Positions 57,268 through 64,000 of a stretch of DNA of 64,000 nt are shown here, one piece after another. The DNA comes from Chloroflexota bacterium (lineage in GTDB: Bacteria > Chloroflexota > Dehalococcoidia > Lucifugimonadales > GCA-2719675): assembly GCA_002719675.1 (NCBI GenBank), contig PBID01000016.1, forward strand, positions 2,837 through 66,836, given 5' to 3'. Numbering within the stretch: position 1 is the first letter of the stretch; each line of letters begins with the position of its first letter. Position numbers and translations under genes: made by a program. The notes below the pieces were generated by a model, which ran no database searches, had not been told where the DNA came from, and was given only the letters and a program-made list of their open reading frames with translations.

Positions 57268-58410
57268 ATGAAAATTACATCCGTTGTACCTATTTTGGCA
57301 GATAGATTTTTGTTTGTAAAAATTATCACAGATAATGGTCTTGTTGGGATTGGAGAATCTGGAGCCTGGGGTTTCTTGGAAGCATCTGAGGCAGCAATAG
57401 TTAAATTTGGAGATTATTTAATTGGTAAGGATCCATTACTTATTGAACATCATTGGCAGACGATGTACAACACCAGTAATTTCAGAGGCGCAGCAATTAT
57501 GGGGGCTATCAGTGCAATAGATATTGCTTTGTGGGATATTGCTGGTAAAAATTTTCAAGTTCCTGTTTATCAATTATTAGGCGGAAAAGTCAGAAATAAA
57601 GCTAGAGTTTATTATCATGTTTACGGAGATACTAGGCAAAAATTATTAGATGGAATCAAAGAAGCTAAAGATTCAGGTTTTACAGCTGTGGGTCATTTAA
57701 CACCTTTTTTGGATGAAGATATTTCTGTTCCTTTTTATAAAAGTCATGTAGATAAAATGAAGAATGCTATTGATGCAGTTGAAATGTATAGAGAAGTAGC
57801 TGGAAATGATTTGGATTTATGTATAGAAATACATCGAAGATTAACTCCAGCTGAAGCTATAGTTTTAGGCAGAGGAATCGAACAGTTTTATCCCATGTTT
57901 TATGAAGATCCTATTTTGCCAGATAATTTAGATTCTATGGCTGAAGTGGCATCTAAAATCAATATTCCTATAGCTACAGGAGAAAGGATTCATACTACTT
58001 ATGAATTTAGTATGTTATTGAATAGAAATGCTGTTCAATATATTAGGCCAGATGTTTGTCTTGCTGGAGGCTTGACTCATTCTAAAAAAATAGCAGCTTT
58101 GGCAGAAGCAAATTATGTTAATGTTGTACCTCATAATCCTTTGAGTCCAGTTAGTACAGCCGCTTGTATCCAATTAGCCGCTTGTATTCCAAATTTTTCT
58201 ATTCAAGAATATCCGATAGGAGAAAATATTCATCCAAAAAGTTCACTGGTAAAAACCCCTTTGGAATTGGAAAATGGGTTCATTAAAATTCCAGATACTC
58301 CGGGTATAGGGATTGAGTTATCAGATGATATACAAGAAAAATGTCCACCAGTTAAATATGGACAAATAAATACTAGAAGACATTTCGATGGTTCTGTTGT
58401 TGTTCAATAA
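57268..58410 (+). CDS. Enolase-superfamily acid-sugar dehydratase, D-galactonate dehydratase (DgoD)-like
   Basis: Close by-eye match to the DgoD N-terminus (MKIT...GDYLIGKDP..WQTMY...AISAIDIALWDIAGK..VYQLLGGKVRNK) and barrel motifs FYEDP and ATGER. Confidence 0.85.
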   Translation: MKITSVVPILADRFLFVKIITDNGLVGIGESGAWGFLEASEAAIVKFGDYLIGKDPLLIEHHWQTMYNTSNFRGAAIMGAISAIDIALWDIAGKNFQVPVYQLLGGKVRNKARVYYHVYGDTRQKLLDGIKEAKDSGFTAVGHLTPFLDEDISVPFYKSHVDKMKNAIDAVEMYREVAGNDLDLCIEIHRRLTPAEAIVLGRGIEQFYPMFYEDPILPDNLDSMAEVASKINIPIATGERIHTTYEFSMLLNRNAVQYIRPDVCLAGGLTHSKKIAALAEANYVNVVPHNPLSPVSTAACIQLAACIPNFSIQEYPIGENIHPKSSLVKTPLELENGFIKIPDTPGIGIELSDDIQEKCPPVKYGQINTRRHFDGSVVVQ

Positions 58411-58444
58411 AACAAATATTATAAATTTTAGAAAAGAGGTTTAA

Positions 58445-59767
58445 ATGACTTCAATTAATCAAAGATATTCTGAAAAATTCAGAAAATCTGGTGACCTATA
58501 TTCAAAAGGACATGGAGTTATACCTGGAGGAGGACATCAATCTAGGGTGCAAAAACCTTTTCCATATTTCGTTAGTAATGCCAAAGGATCAATAAAATAT
58601 GATGTAGACGGGAATAGGATAATTGATTATATGATGGGGTTTGGTTCTTTAATCCTTGGGCATTCTCATCCTGAAGTCGTTGAAAGCGTTACAAACCAGG
58701 TCGAAAATGGAACACATTTTGGAGCATTGAGTGAATTAGAGTTAACGTGGGCCAGTAAAGTTCAAAATTTAATTCCCAGTGCTAAAAGGGTTCGATTTAC
58801 AAGTTCTGGAACAGAAGCAACTTTATTAGCTATGCGTTTGGCCAGAGGATATACCGGTAAAAATAAGATAATAAAATTTGTTGAACATTATCACGGTTGG
58901 CATGATTATGCTATTCCACAATCTGGTTTAAATACAGAATTTGGTATTCCAAGTGACACATTGAATTCTGTAGTTGTTCTTGAACCTAAAATTAGTTTAA
59001 TTGAAGATTATCTTAAGAGTAATGAAGATGTTGCTGGGATTATTTTTGAGGCTACAGGTGGTCATTGGGGACAGTTTCCTTTACAAAACCCTACTTTTGT
59101 TAAGGATTTACGTGAATTGACCACTAGATATGGCGTGATTATGATTATGGATGAAGTGATTTGTGGATTTAGAATGTCTAAGGGAGGAGCTCAAAGCAGG
59201 TTTGACGTAATCCCTGATTTAACTACCATGGCCAAAATTGTTGCAGGAGGTTTACCAGGAGGTTCAGTAGCGGGAGATGAGAAAATCATGTCTTTATTAA
59301 GTGAACAAGATGGTGTTCAAAAAATGTTTCATCCTGGGACTTTTAATGCTAATCCAGTTTCTGCTGCATCAGGAATAGCTACACTTAATTTGATTTCTAA
59401 AGAATCAATTAACCAAAAAGCTGATCAGTCTGCTAAAAAACTAAAGTCTGGCCTAAGAGAAGTTTTACATAAAATGGAAGTGAAGGGTCACGTACACGGC
59501 ATTGCATCTATTGTCCATTTGGTTTTGGGTGTTGAAGGCGAAGAATCTACGGAAGGTGTTTCCTCGGTATCCCATTCTGAGTTGGCTAAAGCTACTATGG
59601 GAGATGTTCCTAAAACGTTGAAAACAGCGTTTTTAAATGAAGGAATTGATATTATGGGTGGAATGGGCTTTTTTGTCTCAGCAGTACATTCTGAGGCTGA
59701 TATTTCAGAAACTGTCGAAAAGTTTGAGAACGTACTTATTGCTTTAAGAATTGACGGAGTTATTTGA
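58445..59767 (+). CDS. Class III (omega) aminotransferase, glutamate-1-semialdehyde aminomutase-like
   Basis: PLP-fold pattern (SGTEATLLAMRLAR, IMDEVICGFR, Schiff-base Lys in TMAKIVAGGLPGG). Confidence 0.85.
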   Translation: MTSINQRYSEKFRKSGDLYSKGHGVIPGGGHQSRVQKPFPYFVSNAKGSIKYDVDGNRIIDYMMGFGSLILGHSHPEVVESVTNQVENGTHFGALSELELTWASKVQNLIPSAKRVRFTSSGTEATLLAMRLARGYTGKNKIIKFVEHYHGWHDYAIPQSGLNTEFGIPSDTLNSVVVLEPKISLIEDYLKSNEDVAGIIFEATGGHWGQFPLQNPTFVKDLRELTTRYGVIMIMDEVICGFRMSKGGAQSRFDVIPDLTTMAKIVAGGLPGGSVAGDEKIMSLLSEQDGVQKMFHPGTFNANPVSAASGIATLNLISKESINQKADQSAKKLKSGLREVLHKMEVKGHVHGIASIVHLVLGVEGEESTEGVSSVSHSELAKATMGDVPKTLKTAFLNEGIDIMGGMGFFVSAVHSEADISETVEKFENVLIALRIDGVI

Positions 59768-59823
59768 TCTTTCGCTTTAACAAAGTATTTAGTTTATACT
59801 TTGTTAAATCTAAGGAGCTTGAT

Positions 59824-60312
59824 ATGTTGCCTAAATATTTTAAAGTTTTATTAATCTTTATTTTGGCAAACATCACATTTTTTGCTTTTGTTGATTGCGG
59901 ATCTGGAAATAAAACAATTAAAGGGGTCATTGTTGAAGGCTCTGTTTTATATGGAATAGGTTCTAAAACAAGCGGCTTTAATATTAAATCTGAACAAGAT
60001 CAAAGAGTTAAAGAAAAAAAATTACAGTCTATTTTATGGCAATCTTTTGAATACAAAATGATTAATAATAGATTTTTAGGAGCTTCTGGTGGAGCGCAAA
60101 GGGAACAGTTTTGCGTTGTATCAGGAAGTTCAGCTGGAATAGCAGTTGGAACTGAAGTTGATGTTGTAGAAGAAGCTACTTGTATGTGGGTATTACATCA
60201 GATTGACTCTCAGAATTCTGATAGATATCAAGTTAGCTTAACTAAAGTCCGATCTGTTGAAACAGGGGAAACGGGATGGACTTGGAGTAAATCTGTTAAG
60301 ATCTCAGAATAA
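59824..60312 (+). CDS. Hypothetical lipoprotein
   Basis: I prefer ATG 59824, 7 nt after SD AAGGAG. Signal peptide with a lipobox-like FVDC. I recognise no family. Confidence 0.55.
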   Translation: MLPKYFKVLLIFILANITFFAFVDCGSGNKTIKGVIVEGSVLYGIGSKTSGFNIKSEQDQRVKEKKLQSILWQSFEYKMINNRFLGASGGAQREQFCVVSGSSAGIAVGTEVDVVEEATCMWVLHQIDSQNSDRYQVSLTKVRSVETGETGWTWSKSVKISE

Positions 60313-60323
60313 AGTGAAAAATA

Positions 60324-60875
60324 TCAGTTTGCTTGATTGTCTGGATCAACTGGTTTATTTGATCTGTTTTTAATTATTGTTCTAATTGTTAAACTTAAAG
60401 CTATAATAAATGCTAGTAATGCTATAGAAGTAAGGATTCCTTGAAAAGGATCGCGTTTGACAACGTTACTTTCGAAATAAACAGTATTTGTTTGTATACC
60501 ATCATTTATAGTGAATCTGAATTGCCACATACCTTCAGTAGCTATTTCAATGTTTGAATGATAGTGACCAAGTTCGATTGTTTGAGTCATGTTTTTGTTA
60601 ATTGGATAAACTTTTTGCTGGTTTTCCTTTGCGGAAAAAGATACATTGCCTTTAGTCATGGGTTCTTCAGAATTGATATAGTTGATTTTTAAAGATATTT
60701 TTAAATTCCCTGTTGTAGGAGATTGTGGAGTGGTTCCAAAACCAATTTTGAAAGGATCTGACTCTTGGTATCGATAATTTATTTGTCCATTGGCAAAAAG
60801 TATTTCAGTGGAATAAATACATGAAGTAATTACAATTAATAAAAGTAAATATATGAAGCTTGAATCATGTTTCAT
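60324..60875 (-). CDS. Bitopic membrane protein with FixH/YtkA-like beta-sandwich ectodomain (tentative)
   Basis: N-terminal TM or signal (FIYLLLLIVITSCIYS), a beta-rich region with G.Y......EG.W.F pattern (LGHYHSNIEIATEGMWQFRFTINDG), and a C-terminal TM plus basic tail. The ATG lies 1 nt after the upstream stop (TAAaATG). Confidence 0.5.
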   Translation of the reverse strand: MKHDSSFIYLLLLIVITSCIYSTEILFANGQINYRYQESDPFKIGFGTTPQSPTTGNLKISLKINYINSEEPMTKGNVSFSAKENQQKVYPINKNMTQTIELGHYHSNIEIATEGMWQFRFTINDGIQTNTVYFESNVVKRDPFQGILTSIALLAFIIALSLTIRTIIKNRSNKPVDPDNQAN

Positions 60876-60876
60876 T

Positions 60877-62295
60877 TTAATCAATTTTGAAATTTTTTTG
60901 AGACATAAGTAAGCCTAGATTAATTAAGAAATCATCTGTTTTGAAACCATTGGGTAATTGGGAAGGGATTTCTAATTGAGTATTAGTAAGGTCTAGATTT
61001 TTTGATATTTTTTCAATATTTGAAAGATGAGTATCTTTTATTTTGCCAGTGAATATTAATGGTACAAAAGAACTAATACCTAATTCGTTATGAGTTAAAT
61101 TATGCTCATTTAAGGTGTTTGTTAATACATCTAATATTTTTTCAAATATTTCTTCTTTTTCGATAGAAAATTGTTGTCCCCAATATGCTGTTTGATAAGT
61201 TAAAGGTATCCAATTTTTTATTACAATTACCTCACAACCATCTTCAGATAAATATACACATACTGCATCTTTACGATTTACTGCCCTTGCAATTGCAAAC
61301 GGTTTAGGTTCAAGTATAAATGAAGTTTTTTTTGTAAATGAAACAGATGAAACCCAAGATTTAATTGATTTTTTTGTTGAAGAAATTGCTATCCATTTGT
61401 TTGTGTCAGATTGAGAATTATATTGCATCCATTTAATTTGGGAAATTTCTGATGAAATTCCAAATTTTTGATGCATTTGTATAGGGATAACTGAATTGGG
61501 TTTGATTTTACCAAATCGAGGCAATTCGATATTTCTAATGGTTGTTTGATAACCAGGAACGGCACCAAAAATCTTTAGATTTGTTGAAGAAACTCCATTT
61601 TCATTTAAAGTGTATTCTAGTAAGTTCGATGTCATTTGTGATTCTATAACTAGGCCTTCTTGGAAATGTGATTTTGGTAAGTTTACTTTCCAGCAGTCTA
61701 CAATTTGATTTTTTTCATATATTAATATCTTGGACACTCCAAATTCAAAAGTGATTGAAGCAATTTTTTTTGTTTTAAATTGAGGAAGATTTAAATTTAT
61801 TTGAGAAATTTTATTAAATAAAACTTTCGAGTTTTTAGAATATATTGATGTAATAATTTTTTTTGATTTGCAATATATATTTAGAGTCTTATTAATTAAT
61901 GATTTATTGATTGCTTTCAAATGTTTTTTAAAAGTATTGATATTGATTGTTTTAATATTTATTGAATGGAATGTTTTTATTAGTGTTTTAGGTATTTGCA
62001 AGAAATTTTTTTTAGATATAGAAATTTTGAAATTTAAGGGTAATAATTTTTTTTTCGTTCCTATATTTATTTTTTGAGGGTTTTTGTTTGAAATATTTAA
62101 TTGATTTTTTGAAACATCAATATCATTCATTATTATTTGAAGAACTAAATGTTTGTTTTTTTTTAATTCTGACAATAAATCTTGAGGGATAGCCTCAGGA
62201 GCTGAAATTGTTACTTTATCATTAACTATTTCAAATTCAGCACCTAAATTTTTAGCTTCATTGATTAACAGTTTAGTATTTTGTAAACCTTGCAT
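60877..62295 (-). CDS. Docking-domain-like N-terminus + Lys/Asn/Ile-rich linker + degenerate PilM/FtsA-like actin-fold domain (tentative)
   Basis: I prefer ATG 62295 (TAATG overlap with the upstream stop). The N-terminus LLINEAKNLGAEFEIVNDKVTISAPEAIPQDLLSELKKNKHLVLQII fits the TubC-N-type docking pattern. The C-terminal ~290 aa align by eye with PilM (ITFEFGVSKILIYE.., ..LPKSHFQEGLV.., KIFGAVPGYQTTIRNIELP, LEPKPFAIARAV, VYLSEDGCEVIVIKN). Confidence 0.5.
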   Translation of the reverse strand: MQGLQNTKLLINEAKNLGAEFEIVNDKVTISAPEAIPQDLLSELKKNKHLVLQIIMNDIDVSKNQLNISNKNPQKINIGTKKKLLPLNFKISISKKNFLQIPKTLIKTFHSINIKTININTFKKHLKAINKSLINKTLNIYCKSKKIITSIYSKNSKVLFNKISQINLNLPQFKTKKIASITFEFGVSKILIYEKNQIVDCWKVNLPKSHFQEGLVIESQMTSNLLEYTLNENGVSSTNLKIFGAVPGYQTTIRNIELPRFGKIKPNSVIPIQMHQKFGISSEISQIKWMQYNSQSDTNKWIAISSTKKSIKSWVSSVSFTKKTSFILEPKPFAIARAVNRKDAVCVYLSEDGCEVIVIKNWIPLTYQTAYWGQQFSIEKEEIFEKILDVLTNTLNEHNLTHNELGISSFVPLIFTGKIKDTHLSNIEKISKNLDLTNTQLEIPSQLPNGFKTDDFLINLGLLMSQKNFKID

Positions 62296-62705
62296 TAAAG
62301 TTCCTCTACCCACTTCGATATCTGAGGTTTTGATTTTATTTTTTGAGGGTTTTTATTTTCTGTATTAATAAAATGTTCAATCAAATGATTTTGGGCAGTG
62401 TTTTCTTCAACAATATATTTACCACATATTAAACAGACATATTCGTTTCTTGGAATTCTAGATGTCATTTTTATTAAGTTTAAATTTAATAAAACAGAGG
62501 GTGTATTTTTATACTGGGATTTAAATCTTTGAATTGTGATGATATTTACTTTTAATGTTTCACTAATGCGTTTTGATGACCATCCTTCTAAAATGGCCCA
62601 CAATATAAATCGTTTCTCATCATCATTCAATCTTTTTTGCAATGATTGTTTTTTTCTTGATGGAAAATTATTTCTAAAAATATCGGATAAAGTTTTTTCA
62701 GGCAT
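62295..62705 (-). CDS. Small DNA-binding protein: HTH (sigma-70 region-4/LuxR-like) plus C2H2-type zinc-finger signature
   Basis: HTH-like DDEKRFILWAILEGWSSKRISETLKVNIITIQRF, then YVCLICGKYIVEENTAQNHLIEH, which is C-x2-C-x12-H-x3-H. Confidence 0.55.
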   Translation of the reverse strand: MPEKTLSDIFRNNFPSRKKQSLQKRLNDDEKRFILWAILEGWSSKRISETLKVNIITIQRFKSQYKNTPSVLLNLNLIKMTSRIPRNEYVCLICGKYIVEENTAQNHLIEHFINTENKNPQKIKSKPQISKWVEEL

Positions 62706-62737
62706 AATATGTTAAATTTATATTTAAATGTTATATA

Positions 62738-62766
62738 ATTGTAATAATCATTTATTAATAAAGCAA
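62738..62766 (-). promoter_or_regulatory. Candidate sigma70-type promoter of the 62705-60324 operon
   Basis: The minus strand reads TTGCTT (62766-62761), a 17-nt spacer, then TACAAT (62743-62738). This sits about 33 nt upstream of the ATG at 62705. Confidence 0.3.
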
Positions 62767-62824
62767 TACTTTTTTTGTCCATTAATCAGGAAAAATTATT
62801 ACTGTTAAAATCAAATATTTTTCT

Positions 62825-62852
62825 AAAATGATATAAAAATGATATAAAAATG
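62825..62852. repeat. 11-nt tandem repeat (2.5 copies) in the intergenic spacer
   Basis: AAAATGATATA AAAATGATATA AAAATG, with a period of one helical turn. It lies 60-90 nt upstream of the candidate -35 and just downstream of the enolase-family stop. Confidence 0.6.
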
Positions 62853-62865
62853 TAACAAGATGATT

Positions 62866-63981
62866 TTAGACTTTATATTTGTTGAGTAGGTCCATGTTAA
62901 GTTCAAAACCTATACCTGGTCTGGTAGGCAAAGTAACGAATCCATCATTTTCTGGACGTAGTGCAGGTAGAAACATTTCTGTTCTGATTGGGTCAACTTC
63001 TGTTGGGTAATATTCTAAAAATATTCCGTTTTTAGTTGCCGCTGCTAAAGGTAATTGTAGTTCTTGGCATCCATGTGGGGCAATCAAAATCTTGTTGGTT
63101 TCTGCCATTTTACTGATTTCTAGGCCTATATCATATCCGCCACAAATAGTTACGTCTACGTTAAATATTGAAGCTGCATTATTAGTAATTAAATTTTGAA
63201 AATGTTCTTTTGTATATCCATTTTCTCCTGTTGCAATTTCAATTTCCGTACTTTCAGAAAGTATTCTGTGTCCTTCATAATCGTATATGTTCAAGGGTTC
63301 TTCAAACCAGAATATGTCATATGGTTCTAATTCTTTTGCAAATTCAAGTGCTTGTTTTAAATTTAATGCACAATTTGCATCTACCATTAATTTTATATCA
63401 GGTCCAATAGCTATTCGAGATGCTTCTACTCGTTTGATATCGTTAGCAATTCCAGTCTCTTGAGATCCAATTTTAATTTTCACTGCTGTTGCATGTAATT
63501 CATTTATGTTATATTGAAGCTCGTTTTGCAGTTCTTTGATACCTTTTCCTTTAGCATAATAACCCCCTGCAATGTATGATCTAATACGTTTCTGTTCTCC
63601 TCCAAGCATTTGATGGATAGATAAATTTTCTATTTTTCCTTTAATATCCCAGCAAGCAATATTGATAGCAGATAGCACTTGTGTATTTAATCCAGCAGGA
63701 CCAAGTATTTTAATCATATTTGTACCTAAGTCCGTTAAAATTTTTTTAGTATTAGTTGGGTTTTGATCAATAAGTAGAGGTTTAAAATATTCCACATATC
63801 CAGGCATCAAATGTAAAGGCCTTTCAGCAGCAGTACCTCCATTCCAACCAGTACCAGTAATACCTTCATCTGTGTATATAGTTACCTTATGAAGTTTTCC
63901 TGGTCCATAAAAATGATTTCCATTCCAAATCCCTGGTCGTTCCCATTCAAAAACTTCACTTGTTACATCTATTATTTTCAT
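62866..63981 (-). CDS. Enolase-superfamily enzyme (mandelate racemase subgroup-like; specificity unknown)
   Basis: Capping domain (SAINIACWDIKGK..IHQMLGG) and metal-ligand motifs LMVDAN, FWFEEP and ATGEN. Confidence 0.85.
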   Translation of the reverse strand: MKIIDVTSEVFEWERPGIWNGNHFYGPGKLHKVTIYTDEGITGTGWNGGTAAERPLHLMPGYVEYFKPLLIDQNPTNTKKILTDLGTNMIKILGPAGLNTQVLSAINIACWDIKGKIENLSIHQMLGGEQKRIRSYIAGGYYAKGKGIKELQNELQYNINELHATAVKIKIGSQETGIANDIKRVEASRIAIGPDIKLMVDANCALNLKQALEFAKELEPYDIFWFEEPLNIYDYEGHRILSESTEIEIATGENGYTKEHFQNLITNNAASIFNVDVTICGGYDIGLEISKMAETNKILIAPHGCQELQLPLAAATKNGIFLEYYPTEVDPIRTEMFLPALRPENDGFVTLPTRPGIGFELNMDLLNKYKV

Positions 63982-64000
63982 GAATTGTTACCTAATATAA

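Noticed and set aside
60880-60936. The C-terminal FLINLGLL of the PilM-like protein resembles the INLLP motif of PilN, suggesting a split PilM-PilN fusion
   Set aside because: The match is only 3-4 residues. The downstream protein lacks the PilN pattern after its TM segment. I treat this as coincidence unless structure prediction says otherwise.

Overview
The window is visibly AT-rich and very gene-dense, with about 60 protein genes and many start/stop overlaps such as TAATG and ATGA. It looks like core chromosome from a streamlined bacterium. Several features point to a marine monoderm lineage: RNase Y plus YmdB, a Bacillus-type long SRP RNA, a sortase-like enzyme, an HspR-type dnaK operon, a DUF2298 giant membrane protein and three enolase-superfamily paralogs. 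My best guess is Chloroflexota (SAR202/Dehalococcoidia-like), but that is inference only.

Gene order, left to right:
- Fe-type ABC transporter, DtxR-family repressor, DUF1800 and an NHL-repeat protein.
- Enolase-family enzyme, alpha/beta hydrolase, tRNA(CAU), a dual-specificity phosphatase, an epimerase-family protein, GH32 and uppP.
- pstSCAB-phoU, then a 1482-aa GT-C/DUF2298 membrane protein.
- A stand-alone RAM-domain protein, ileS, htrA and yihY.
- SRP RNA, rsmA, a sortase-like protein and a TlpA-like thioredoxin.
- A long minus-strand block: hspR-grpE-dnaK-orf232, hflKC, ybeY, dnaX-ybaB-recR-recO-orf114-oxidoreductase.
- An uncharacterised hydrolase-like gene, a GT2 enzyme, purF-purM-purH and an MFS transporter.
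- rny-ymdB-PHP, plsY and a B-box membrane protein.
- lrp-aspS-D-aminoacylase-DgoD-like enolase-aminotransferase.
- A lipoprotein, an unrecognised three-gene operon, and a third enolase-family gene.

I saw no rRNA, CRISPR array, transposase, integrase, prophage or recognisable defence system.

The best candidate for something undescribed is the translationally coupled operon at 60324-62705. It encodes an HTH plus C2H2-type zinc-finger protein, a protein combining a docking-domain-like N-terminus with a degenerate PilM-like actin fold, and a FixH/YtkA-like bitopic membrane protein. Secondary points of interest are:
- An 84-bp in-frame tandem repeat in dnaX that carries A-AAA-AAT slippery heptamers just after domain III.
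- An unknown gene in the dnaJ position of the dnaK operon.
- aspS co-transcribed with a D-aminoacylase/enolase/aminotransferase set.
- An IleRS with non-canonical class I signature motifs.

Coordinates of non-ORF features were hand-counted and may be off by 1-2 nt.
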